A stretch of DNA of 63,123 bases, the filler included, from Rhabdomonas costata (taxonomy: Eukaryota), in the NCBI GenBank assembly GCA_019059605.1. It is 43 parts of 43 records of this genome, joined end to end, with 100 filler letters (N's around TTAATTAATTAA, not from the genome) between each part and the next. Parts side by side here need not be neighbours in the genome. Positions count along the whole stretch, not along the records: positions 13,243 to 14,613 come from JAHMHO010017939.1; positions 14,714 to 16,084 come from JAHMHO010017940.1; positions 16,185 to 17,554 come from JAHMHO010017941.1; positions 17,655 to 19,025 come from JAHMHO010017942.1; positions 19,126 to 20,491 come from JAHMHO010017943.1; positions 20,592 to 21,961 come from JAHMHO010017944.1; positions 22,062 to 23,432 come from JAHMHO010017945.1; positions 23,533 to 24,904 come from JAHMHO010017946.1; 35 more parts are not named here. The stretch is one strand, 5' to 3'. A program made the translations under genes and the position numbers. The notes beneath the pieces are model-generated. The model was not told the DNA's origin. It saw only the letters and a list, made by a program, of their open reading frames with translations, and did not search any database. Below, one piece after another: positions 14,557 through 25,577 of this stretch. Position 1 is the stretch's first letter. The number at the start of each line of letters is the position of its first letter.

Positions 14557-14613
14557 ATGGCGGTGATGTTCGTGCGGCTGGTCAACTTTGAGGAGCTGCA
14601 CGAACAACCTCAA
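14557..14613 (+). CDS. Exon start resembling the first strand of a degenerate class III nucleotidyl cyclase domain
   Basis: After ggcag: MAVMFVRLVNFEELHEQ, compared with consensus V.VMFADIVNFT.L; very short and cut by the contig end. Confidence 0.3.
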
Positions 14614-14916
14614 NNNNNNNNNNNNNNNNNNNNNNNNNNNNNNNNNNNNNNNNNNNNTTAATTAATTAANNNNNNNNNNNNNNNNNNNNNNNNNNNNNNN
14701 NNNNNNNNNNNNNTTTTGGTGGGAAAAAATATGGGAAGAATCACGGTGGGCATCCTCAAGCGCGGAGTAGGGGTGGGGTGGGGTGCTTGAATGAATGGCT
14801 TCTGTACTCGGCCATGCGCCCAGACCGCAATAGGAAGCAAACACTGTCACCGAGGCAGACGGTAGCCTACGCCACCCATAGATGAAATGGAGAGAGAGGG
14901 TGGGATCAACCGCTAC

Positions 14917-15835
14917 CTTTACAGCTGAGGTCAATCACCCGGAGCTGCCCCTGCTGCAGCTCCGCTAGGGTGCGCTTCAGCCCCGGAGGCTGGTGGTTGA
15001 TCCTCACGGTGAACCTCAGCTTCTCCGCGGCCTCGGGCGAGAGCGCTGGGGTGCTCTCCAGGCCCAAACGGGACAGCGTGTGATTGGTCGTGGTCAGCAC
15101 GGCCAGCATGGCCTCGGCGCTGACGTCGTCCAGGCGGGTGCCCGAGAGGTTGAGCTCGATCAGGGTGGTGTTTTGCTCTGGTTAAAGGTGGAAGAAAACG
15201 TTCAAGAAAACACTGCGGAAAAGGTCTTTGCAGTTTCGCACAGACCCTTCATTAAGAACGGAGCAGGAGCCAGCAGGGTCTTTCACAGCGGCTGTTATAA
15301 GTAAAAAAAATGCCAGAAAGGTTACGAGAACATAGCGTATGGTGTTCGGATTGGGTGTCCCGTTTTCCACTCATAATAAAACTCATTTATGAAAAAGAAC
15401 ACACGGCATTACCTGGTATCTGAGAACGTGGTGACTTCTACCCTTGACAGCAGTGAGTATCTTGGACACCTGTCTTGGAGGACCTCACACACACACCACA
15501 CATTTCAATGCTTTACTGCGCAGTTCCACTTCCACAAAACAAAACAAAATATGAAACAGCGAGTAGCCCGGTCTTCAGTCTTTAATAGCGCAGCGCACAA
15601 TGCACCATCGAGTCAACAACTCACAAAGGAAGGCGTGCGAGGGTAAGGAAGACGGCAACCCAGCATCCGGACGAGAGTAAGGCACCCCTCCCGGCCGATG
15701 TAGTTGTCTGCCAAGTTGAGGCGGGTGACAGTGGTGTTCGCCTTGAGGGCGTCGGCTAGGCTTCCGGCTGAGACGTCCGTGACATGACTCCGGGCAAGGT
15801 CCAGCTCCGTGAGACTGGAATCATTGCCAATAAGC
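14917..15835 (-). CDS. RNI-like (NLRC3-type) leucine-rich repeat protein, two exons
   Basis: Exon 15835-15660 LIGNDSSLTELDLARSHVTDVSAGSLADALKANTTVTRLNLADNYIGREG. Exon 15177 to ~14917 QNTTLIELNLSGTRLDDVSAEAMLAVL..NHTLSRLGL. Phase-1 GT-AG join. Confidence 0.88.
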
Positions 15836-16707
15836 CTGCAAAAAGCCCACCCTAAATTGCACCTCATCACCCTCCATCTGCCATCTGTAAATTAAATACA
15901 CAGGGAACAAAATGCGGCACAGTCTTGTGTAATGACCGGAACACAGGCAGGCTTTGGTACGTTGGCCATATATTGAGCCTGCAGTTTGGTTCAGGGCAAG
16001 CAATACACAGGTGCGCGGAGCCCGCTGCTCTTCCCAAGCCCCGGTTTTCCACCTGTGGATAAGGGGTGTCCGAGACAAAACAACNNNNNNNNNNNNNNNN
16101 NNNNNNNNNNNNNNNNNNNNNNNNNNNNTTAATTAATTAANNNNNNNNNNNNNNNNNNNNNNNNNNNNNNNNNNNNNNNNNNNNGCGTGCTGGACCTTCC
16201 TTTTCTACGCGGCACGTCCTTGCTCGTCTTCTTCTTCCCCCTGCCGTCATTGTTGTCATGCCCAGTGACCCTACTCCCTTCAATCCCCCAGTCAGAGATG
16301 ACTAGGACGGTTTTTCGAGCATCTTGTTTGCAGCAGGGCTCCAAGAGCTCCAGTTGACGCACCTGCGGAGGATGGAATGAAAGACTTCATTTAAGCTCCG
16401 AGAATTGGCTTAGGGTTTGCAGCAGACAAGCACACAAACACACTCCCCCTCCTTATCTTGGTGCAGGCAAGCACAAGCCGTCTTCGAACCACGTGGGCGT
16501 CTGCCACACTGCTCGGTTTGGTTCTCAAACGATAATTTGTTTTGTTGCCCTCCCGTGAGCCGCATAGAAAGTAGAAAACGACATAACGTCGCCGTATTAA
16601 TGTATGTGATTTGCGCGCCCAACTGCAGTCTGTCTGCGAAATCTTTTTGAAAAACTGCTAACAGCTATCCCCCAACTTTGCCAAAAAAAAAATAGCTTAC
16701 CCCGCAG

Positions 16708-17277
16708 AAGGTGCTGCACGTGCTGGGCAACGTGGTGCTGGCAGGGCTGACCCTGCAGTGGACGGACACCCGCCCGAAGATCACAGTGGCTCTCGTCGCG
16801 ACGTACGCCGCGGTGGAGCTGGGCCTGCGGGAGCTTCCACCGCTTCGGTGGCGGCTCCTCGCGGCGCAGACCGTGAGCATCGGGGTGATCACGCTGCTTG
16901 ACGAAGGTCTGCTTCTGGCTGTGAAATGGCTGCTTTGGAAGCAGGGGGGCGCCTGGGGATCAGTATTCTACTTTGCAAGCTGCTGTCCCAAAGGAAACGT
17001 TGGCAGTGCCGAACATACGAGACCCCTACTCTCACATGAACTCTTACACTGATGTTGGGGCACCAGAGTGCGACATAACCTGTTATGGTAATGCTGACCT
17101 CCCAACATCACACCATTTTGATCTGCATGTATACCCCGGCCTTTCTGCTCGTTCGTATATCTCATGTGCATCTGTTTTTTGGGGCTCCCTTTTGCAGTCC
17201 CCTTTGTCAACACGGTGCGGCGGGTGGTGCTGACGTCCACGATTACTGGGATGATGTTCTGCGTGCACGTCAACTGG
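16708..17277 (+). CDS. Multi-pass membrane protein fragment, two exons
   Basis: Exons 16708-16906 and 17198-17277 join in phase 1; several hydrophobic segments; family not recognised. Confidence 0.55.
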
Positions 17278-17970
17278 GTCCGGTGTGCACTGCTCGTGAT
17301 GGGATGGAGGGCGTGCGTCGAGGGTGTATTCCCCGATGTCGGTCCCCTAAAATATGGCGCGCGTCATGTCAAAAGTGAGAATTACAGCCGAGGCGATAAT
17401 GCTGCAAAAACTGTCCATGAAACAAAGGCGAGATATGATGACCCTAATAAGGTCGTTATGTCCAAAAAGGCTGAAAAATTCCTGAAGCACCCCGTTAAGT
17501 CGCGCGCCATGAGAGAAAACCATGTCACTATGTCGCCTTTTCAGTTCGCCGTTTNNNNNNNNNNNNNNNNNNNNNNNNNNNNNNNNNNNNNNNNNNNNTT
17601 AATTAATTAANNNNNNNNNNNNNNNNNNNNNNNNNNNNNNNNNNNNNNNNNNNNGGGGTGTTTGTCGAGCGGCAGAGGGAGGTGTGCTCATGACAAACGC
17701 GACATCCTTTCTGGGTTTAGGAAAGTACGAAGTCAGCCAAGAAGGGATTCGAAGAACGACTACCTCTGCTTCTTTTTCTCATGTTCTGGGCACTAAAACT
17801 GGAATATTTCATTCCTGCGAAACCCAAAATGAAATTGAATTGCTGGTTTTATTTCCATTGTTTTGTGCATTGGAATGGCACGGTTGCACTTTGCAGGCTG
17901 CGTTTGCATCGGGTGTTCTCGGAAAGCCTTTCAACTTTCTCCCGTTTCTCCTGGATTCTTTCTGCCTCAG

Positions 17971-18031
17971 GAACGCATTCGTGCAGCGCGTCCCAAGCGA
18001 ATCATCCTCATCCGTCATGGGGAGTCTGAAG
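17971..18031 (+). CDS. Histidine phosphatase / phosphoglycerate mutase-like protein, short exon with catalytic RHG motif
   Basis: cag|ERIRAARPKRIILIRHGESE(G)|gt; absent from the ORF track because the exon is only 61 nt. Confidence 0.85.
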
Positions 18032-18610
18032 GTTGAGTTGTTTAGCTTCTATCACGCAAATCGGTTTATGCTATTGCCTTTAGTGGGTCTTCCCTGGGTT
18101 CTCGAAGGCTCAAGCTTGACTTGAACCTTCGCCTCTGACAATTGGTGAAAATGACCGGGTTTTTTTCTTGTTAAGGAAGGTTCTGTAATGACCGAGTCAT
18201 TGGAGTGGATGGAAAGCATCTCGAATATCCGACGGCTTCGGCGAACGCTTGAGGTCGTGTTTGTTTGATTCAAAAAGTTCCCATCCTCCCTGGATTTCCG
18301 AATGGGGCTTTTTTCTTTTTTGTTCCGTATCTGCAAAAACGCTCCTTTACATTAAGAAATGAGAGGCCTCGAACGATTTATAGAATAGGATGGTGAGTAG
18401 TTTGCCTTTGCGTCCCAAATGGCCTCAATATATCACAGCACTGGTTCAGATGAAACCGTGCATTTGCACTTTTCGGGCTGGTTTTAAAACCAGGGAATGT
18501 AGACAAGACTCTTTACGAGAGGATGCCTGACCCGCACATCTCTCTGACTTGCCAGGGACAAGGTGTGCGCTGTTGCGTGGATGATGTGTGTTTTTAGGGT
18601 TTTTTTTTGT

Positions 18611-18617
18611 GTGTTTG

Positions 18618-18672
<55 letters not shown>
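18611..18672. repeat. (GT)n/(GTGC)n compound microsatellite
   Basis: Directly visible. Confidence 0.9.
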
Positions 18673-18673
<1 letters not shown>

Positions 18674-18677
18674 AGGG

Positions 18678-18807
18678 AGTGGTGGAGGCGGGAGGCACCG
18701 CACGCGTGGTGGACGCTCCCTCGGAACCGTGGAGCGAACAACAGTGGTGGAGGCGGGAGGCACCGCACGCGTGGTGGACGCTCCCTCGGAACCGTGGAGC
18801 GAACAAC
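18678..18807. repeat. Exact 65-bp tandem duplication (2 copies)
   Basis: agtggtggaggcgggaggcaccgcacgcgtggtggacgctccctcggaaccgtggagcgaacaac at 18678 and 18743. Confidence 0.9.
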
Positions 18808-19208
18808 TGTTCGTGAGAGAAGCGAACGCAAGGGTTTCCGTCATCTATGAAGATTCGCTCCAAAAAATCAGTCCCTTGCGGGACGTGGGAGCTGGAATAC
18901 CCAAATCGAAAACCCCGAAGGCAATAGCCCTCTTTTATGCTATCTGCTGGACGCGAAAGCCCGGCAGGCATATGACGCGAGCCTGGAAGCGGGGCGCGGA
19001 AGGGAACAGGGGCATCCCGCTGTGTNNNNNNNNNNNNNNNNNNNNNNNNNNNNNNNNNNNNNNNNNNNNTTAATTAATTAANNNNNNNNNNNNNNNNNNN
19101 NNNNNNNNNNNNNNNNNNNNNNNNNTTTGGGTTTGTGTAGCAAAATTATATAATATTTTATAAACAAACAAGATGATATAAAGACAAGAAAATATAAAAA
19201 GATATAAG

Positions 19209-19655
19209 ATGACAGAACTAAAGGAATATCTAAAAGGATATGAATGTGAGAAAGAAGCGACACATACAATGATGAAATGTAAGAAATGGATAAGTCCAGG
19301 AAAATGGCAAATACCGAAAGAAAAACGAAAAGAATTTTATACATTGTATTCAAAAGAAAAAGAATATGCATTTGTTGAACGACATGATAAGAAAACATCA
19401 CCAATAATAATTGATTTTGATATAAATCAAGAGGATGAAGAAAGGAGAACAACAAATGAATTTACAGAAGAGATAATAGAGGCATTTTATATAGAAATAA
19501 AAAAGTTTATAAAAATGAATAAAATGAATAGTATATGTTATGTAATGATGATAAAGAAGAAATTGAATAAATTAAATTTTTATTTAAATAAAAATTTAAT
19601 TTTTTTTACTTTCAAATGCACTGAATCCTATCCAACAGCCTATCAATATAGATAA
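19209..19655 (+). pseudogene. Truncated NCLDV D5-like helicase-primase, N-terminal AEP primase region
   Basis: ATHT...GKWQIP...EFYTLY...FVE...PIIIDFD (DxD motif I). Similarity ends near 19550 before the catalytic His motif; the frame then runs through the palindrome into the convergent gene. Confidence 0.72.
19569..19602. terminator. Perfect 34-bp AT palindrome, Mimivirus-type 3'-end/polyadenylation hairpin
   Basis: aaattaaatttttattt|aaataaaaatttaattt is self-reverse-complementary and overlaps the stop codon (19596) of the minus-strand gene. Confidence 0.75.
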
Positions 19656-20200
19656 AATGCTCCACATTGGTACACTTGTTATTTTATATGCTACTAAAAT
19701 TCGTGTTATTGATGGTTCTAATAATTTTATTAAACTTAAACTTAGTATACTACCAATAATAAATATATCCTTTTCATTGTATATATTGTCTAAAATACTA
19801 ATTGAACTTTTGAAAAATATACTGTATAATATACCTATTATTATATTCACTATAACACCAACACTGACTGTTTTTAATGACATATTTTTACCATTTATGT
19901 ATGTAAGAATAATTGTTTTATATTTATTTTTATAAATGTAATATGATACTGCAATAAATGATACAATTATTCTTATATATGCAATAATTAATGTTGTTAT
20001 TTTCTTATTTTTACCATCATGCATTATTTTATGAGTCAATAATAATAAAATTATTGGTATCAACATACATAATACGACAAACACACAATCACAATATTTT
20101 GATGATGATGATTTAATATCATTTCTTCTTGTATTTCATCAGTTATAACTTGTTCAGATTGTGTATCATTATCTTGATTTTGTACATTTAAATCAGACAT
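19596..20200 (-). pseudogene. Viral-type multi-pass membrane protein gene with a frameshift near the 5' end
   Basis: ATG at 20200 (MSDLNVQNQDNDTQSEQVITDE) is out of frame with the hydrophobic ORF 20084-19596 (~5 TM segments); frame switch near 20135. Confidence 0.6.
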
Positions 20201-20246
20201 TATATATTTACATCATAAAAATATAGCTGAAATAAATTAAATTTAA

Positions 20247-20254
20247 AAAATTGA
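20247..20254 (+). promoter_or_regulatory. AAAATTGA Mimiviridae early-promoter motif
   Basis: Exact octamer ending 42 bp upstream of the ATG at 20297, in a 96-bp divergent intergenic region. Confidence 0.65.
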
Positions 20255-20296
20255 AATATTTATTCTATATATGTTTATAACAAATAAACAACAACA

Positions 20297-20491
20297 ATGA
20301 AATATAATTCTGTATTTGATTTGTCGGAGTCGAAAGAAGTGGAATTTAAAGAATTCCGTTTATTGATACATGAGATGTTTAATGAAAATGAAATTAAAAA
20401 ATTTATTAAAAATTCAAAAGATAATTTGTTATTTGACAAATTTTTAACATGTGTCAATAAAAATCTTGAATTATATTTCAAAAAACCCACC
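20297..20491 (+). CDS. Schlafen/AlbA_2 (AAA_4)-like domain protein, 5' part
   Basis: MKYNSVFDLSESKEVEFKEF carries the ES..VEFK signature of AlbA_2/Schlafen; cut by the contig end. Confidence 0.6.
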
Positions 20492-23400
20492 NNNNNNNNN
20501 NNNNNNNNNNNNNNNNNNNNNNNNNNNNNNNNNNNTTAATTAATTAANNNNNNNNNNNNNNNNNNNNNNNNNNNNNNNNNNNNNNNNNNNNTGTGTTGGG
20601 TGTGGGTGGTTGTTTGTTTTTCGCTTGGTTTGACATTCGAAAAACAATGTCATTCGGCGCTTTCATGGCAATCTTGCCTCACTAGCGGACTGAAAACCAC
20701 CGAGCACACCAACCACATAGAGTAGTTATCAAGGCCTTGGTGTTCAAATTTGTTCTCTATTTACCCACAAAACCACCACCACCACCACCACATGCCCACA
20801 GTGCAAGCACAGCACTTGCGAACATTTACACGCACCAGCGCAGCCTTTCCCTATTGACTCTTTTCTTTTTGCCACCGGTCGTGCTCAGGGCACCGCCGAA
20901 ACACTTCACGAACCACCAATTGACAAAGTCGTGACGTTGCTGAACAGTTAAACCCAGATACCAGTGGTAAAAATTTGTTTTCATCGTGTGGTGGTTTTGA
21001 AAGCTACCACCGATTAAAGCCGCCACCCCGGGTAACAGAACCTGGCACGCCGCAAAAGCATGCGCTACCGGCTCCGGTGGTGTGAATCCGTACTGAATGG
21101 AGTGGGACTGTAAAGGTTTACCTTGTGATATGGTTAAGTTCAGCGAGACCGCACGTACCGTAACGACGCTTTTACTAGATCTCTTCTTTTGTGCTACCAT
21201 GTTGATGATCATTTGTGTTTTTCAGGGCACTCTACACCACTGCTGCAGCACCCTTCCGCGTATGTGTTTCTTTGCTTGTATTTCTGGTATCATTTTTGCT
21301 TTTTGTACCAACCAGAGTGCGGCCAACGGCCTCCAACCTTCCGCCCGGCAGCAGCTTCTATGCGCTGCATCCGGCAAGACCCCCGCCAGCCAGTCAGCCC
21401 TGACACACATATACATGCACACACAAAAATACCCTGCACTGGACCTCTGCACCACTTTTTGCTGCACTTGTTTTTCCCCTCGCACCATTTTCCGACTAAA
21501 ACTTTCCGACTTCAGATTCTGTCCTTAGCAGCCCCTTACCCTTACCCTTTTCCGGAGCTCCTCTGCCCTCATAATGTCAGAAACCGATTCTTTTCACCAC
21601 TCTTTTCTCCTTGCCCGGAAACACATACTCCAACAACACTACTTTCACCCACATTTCCCTTAACAAAATTCCCTTTTGGCCAAATGGCCTTTCTGGACAT
21701 TCCACATGACAATTGCTACTGTCACTTCGAGCTTTTCTTCCTGCTTTTGGTTCCACTTTTCCCTCGCGTACCTTTTGATCACTTGACCCTACCGCATTAG
21801 ACCAAAACTAAAGGAATCTAATTGTAAACCACCTTTTGCTAGACTAAAACTCCCATCCCAACAAAACTACTGGATTTGACCCAAAACCTTAGGCCAATAA
21901 ATTGTTGTCCCATGCTTTTCTTGCACATTTGCCTTCCTTTTCCAAGTTTGTACACACACCCNNNNNNNNNNNNNNNNNNNNNNNNNNNNNNNNNNNNNNN
22001 NNNNNTTAATTAATTAANNNNNNNNNNNNNNNNNNNNNNNNNNNNNNNNNNNNNNNNNNNNTTGTTGGTTGCTGGCGATTGTTTTCCTTGTTCATTTGAT
22101 TAAAAGTCGCCACCCCACCTTAGAGCTACCCCGCAGATTTCGAGTTCTCTGTCTTCTAAATGACTATCTGGCCCTGTCGTGCGCCATAGTGATGAGCTGG
22201 AAATGCGTATTGGGCGCTTCCCATATCCCGCACCGCAAGCAAACACACACAGAAGGGTTCTCATGCTCCTGCAGTTTATTTTGGCTGCATTGTGCTGTGC
22301 TGATTAAAAGCGGTGTTCGTTGTCATGGGCTTTCTTCTCTGAGTCGGGGCGGCCGGTCACTCCCTATTTGCGGATTTTCTTCGCTCTTTTATGTGACGCT
22401 TCTCGGGTTCCCACTTGGGCTGCGATATCACAGCTTTTTGCTGCTTTTGTTGCTCTGAAAACTCTGATTTTACAACGGCAATGTGCCCTTCCCGGTTGAC
22501 ATTTTGCTTCTGTGCCGCAGAGGTCCCTTTCTATGGAGCGCTGGGTTTTTGTGACCAACTATAGCACCCCATCCACTTTATTTCTATACCCTTATATGCC
22601 GACGGCCTGCTTCGGCTTAGCCCTCTTTATATGCCAAATCAGTAATTTTCCTCCATCGAATATGAGTGTAGTGTGTTGAAGAAAGTTGTTATTACTGCAG
22701 AGGTGTTTCGCCTTGTCTGTTGTCCTCGGCACCTCGGCTGACACGCCTGTGAGTTACCAAACCCCATTCCGGCGCTGCTGTAGCACTGCACAGAACCAGC
22801 CACACAACCATCGGTTAATCTGTGGCTGGCTTGAGTGTGGCCACTATCCACAGTGGGAGACGGGGGTGGGGGTGTAGGAGCGTTTGCTTTGTGCTGTTCC
22901 TAACAGTGAAACCCGGAATCTGCGGCCACCGTGACCTCATTCGGTTCTCTGGTTATCTTTTGTTTTGCTTCCCACCATCTCTCAGATTACACTCATTCAA
23001 AAAACCCTGTAACACACACGACTTAAGCAAAGAATGATATCGGAGGGGAGCCGTGCCCCTGGGGCCCTCGCAATGGTTGAGCTGCTGCTGGTGGTGGTGC
23101 TATGGCTGAGACCACAGTGGAGTGTGGAAGCAACTGCATCCATCGGATGCTACCTGAATCCCAATGGCGCAGTATGAGTTTTAAACGAGATCCACAGCCC
23201 TGCACCGCATTAGGATTGTCCTACATACTTACCGAAAGACGTTTTAATATCGGCGAGAGCTGGGCGCTCTCTACCTTAGCTAAGAATCCACTAAAATTTG
23301 TAACCTAGCAACACAAAACGGGCTCAAGTAACCGTGTTTTTATATGTGCAGCCATGTGTGTAACCGGTTTACCAAGCTAAAGTCGCTACAGTAAACTCGG

Positions 23401-23534
23401 TAAGTTACCCACCCTAACATAAAACAAAAACANNNNNNNNNNNNNNNNNNNNNNNNNNNNNNNNNNNNNNNNNNNNTTAATTAATTAANNNNNNNNNNNN
23501 NNNNNNNNNNNNNNNNNNNNNNNNNNNNNNNNCG

Positions 23535-23537
<3 letters not shown>

Positions 23538-23570
<33 letters not shown>
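23538..23570. repeat. (CT)n microsatellite
   Basis: Directly visible. Confidence 0.9.
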
Positions 23571-23574
<4 letters not shown>

Positions 23575-25577
23575 TTTTTTTCGCTCGGTGCAAGGCCAGC
23601 TGCTTGTGTTTGTGTTGAGGGGGGGGGATTACCTCTTAGCTTTCAGTCATCCGACCAGGGTTGAGTAACCGAAGGATGGATGGGTGTTTTTCCAGCACAT
23701 CAGATTCTGATCGACGGTGACGAATGGGGCACTTTTGTTATAGGTATTACCAAGACGTCGAGTTGTCGAGCTGGTCTCAGCGCAGTGCCTGGACTGTGGC
23801 AGGAAGTGGTACGGGTATTGGGTCGGAACGTGCAGAGAAGCGTGAGGCATGTGTGCAAACACATCTGATTCCATCTTGATTCCTCTGCTGCCCGCATCAC
23901 ATTGGCCGGCTCACTTCAAAAAGATAAAAAGACGATACTTGGAACTCAAATGTGCACTGCATCGCAGCAAAGGGCAAAGATAGCGCACGCCACCTCGCCA
24001 GCGGCCATGGCCCTCGCATGGGCCTCCTCGATCAGCCTCCGCCGCTGCACACCTCTGCTCGTCTCATCCGAGGAGAAGCGGCGCCAGGCATGAGCATGGC
24101 GCTGCGGGATGCAGAACCGGTGCAGGGTCAAGACTTGACACAGAAGGGATCGCATCAGTTATCCGGTTGCCCCGACGCCCCGCAAGAAAGCCAATTCGAA
24201 TGAGATAGCCAACCGCTCCGATGGAGAGAAACAAAAGAAGGCGGGCGCAATATTTGCGCGAACAGCAGAAACGTTATCAGCGGAAGAAAAAAAAGGTCTC
24301 GCACAACCAAACGACGTTCCGGAGAGTATAGGTAGATGGTAGATACTTTTGGGGGGTCGGAAAAAGAAGAGAAGTGTCGCTGCGGTGCAAACAAAGAGAA
24401 GGAGAAAAAAATGGTCGTGATTAAATCTACCAACAACGAGAAATCCCCACAACGAGAAATAGGAAGCTGCAAAAGACGTTAGTTCTGGAAGCTCGCTTCG
24501 AGCATGAACATGCGTTGAACCCGTTTTAGCCAATGGAGCACAGCAAACGAACGAAGTGACATCGCATAAAGCCTCATTTGAAAGCCCAAGCACATGGGAA
24601 AAAAATGTCGTGTCTTTCCACAAAAACTCCTGAATAAACTTACTGTACATCTCCCTTGGTCAAATAATCATAAAAAAATCTGTTCTGGCATCCAAGCACA
24701 AACTAGTGGTTCTTCTGTTCGAACCTGCTGTTCCAAATCTGTTCCAATGCAGGGTAAGCGTTTTGTGAGTCTTGTGTGAGATGCTTCTGCGCTGAGGATA
24801 GGTTGCACCGAAAATCTGCAATTGCATGCGGCAATCTCAGATCCTGCTGCAAACTTTCTATTTTTCATGGGGGGGGCAGTCATGTGCTTCTCACCACACA
24901 AAACNNNNNNNNNNNNNNNNNNNNNNNNNNNNNNNNNNNNNNNNNNNNTTAATTAATTAANNNNNNNNNNNNNNNNNNNNNNNNNNNNNNNNNNNNNNNN
25001 NNNNGGTGGTGTTTGTCGGCGAAGCAAATTTTAAGCTGTATGTATATACAGGCGATTTCACCTTCTTTACAGTATCACTTGTGCCATGATCGACATTTCC
25101 GAGGAGCGAGGAGGACGCGCTTTTTGATGAGACTAGATCGTTTGGTTTGTCGCTTTTGTCACCTTTGTGCACGTCTTCGTCTCTGAAATCAAGTCATCTC
25201 TGGTATTAGAAGCTAACGGTTGAAATTCTCTTCCGTGCTAGTCTGCTAAACCGTGACGGCATCGCAATTTTGGACTCGGTTCGGCCTAGCAGATTGTTGA
25301 CAGAGAACAATTCTGGAGCTTTGAGCCGAGCTTCTTTCAACCATTGCTCTGCGCGAGTCATTCCTTCCTCTTTTTATGAGTGTTTATGGGTTGCGCGAGA
25401 TTCTCCTTTTTGCAAGGCTTTGCACTCACTGATGCCTCTCAGAACGCCAGTCAGTCTGCTGCCCGGGGAACGCCGGGGCGCGGTGGGCGGGCATGGTTGC
25501 GCAGGATAGAAGGCAGCTCTTCCCAGGGGCTTCAGGTGAATGGTGCGGACATGGGCATGGGGTGGGCTTCGGCTCAG

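Larger units (their letters stand above)
19126..20491. mobile_element. Giant-virus (Nucleocytoviricota, Mimiviridae/Imitervirales-like) DNA fragment, endogenous or co-amplified
   Basis: Roughly 80% AT by eye against a much more GC-rich background; intronless, gene-dense; D5-primase-like ORF, AAAATTGA motif, perfect intergenic palindrome, AlbA_2-like ORF. Confidence 0.82.

Noticed and set aside
18678-18807. Direct repeats as a mini-CRISPR
   Set aside because: Two abutting 65-bp copies with no spacer and no cas genes.
19078-19935. ORF-track entries 19078-19455 (-) and 19657-19935 (+)
   Set aside because: Antisense shadows of the primase-like and membrane-protein genes in AT-rich DNA.
20592-21961. 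Purine-skewed minus strand suggesting a decayed gag/ORF1
   Set aside because: Many stops and no diagnostic zinc knuckle or other motif.
23225-23310. ATACTTACC followed by AATTTGT, resembling a U1 snRNA 5' end and Sm site
   Set aside because: Lacks the ACCTG continuation and recognisable U1-70K/U1A loops.
23401-23432. Motif TAACATAAAACAAA shared in reverse complement with ~45982-45995
   Set aside because: Short, low-complexity and overlapping a primer-influenced contig end; not enough to define a repeat family.
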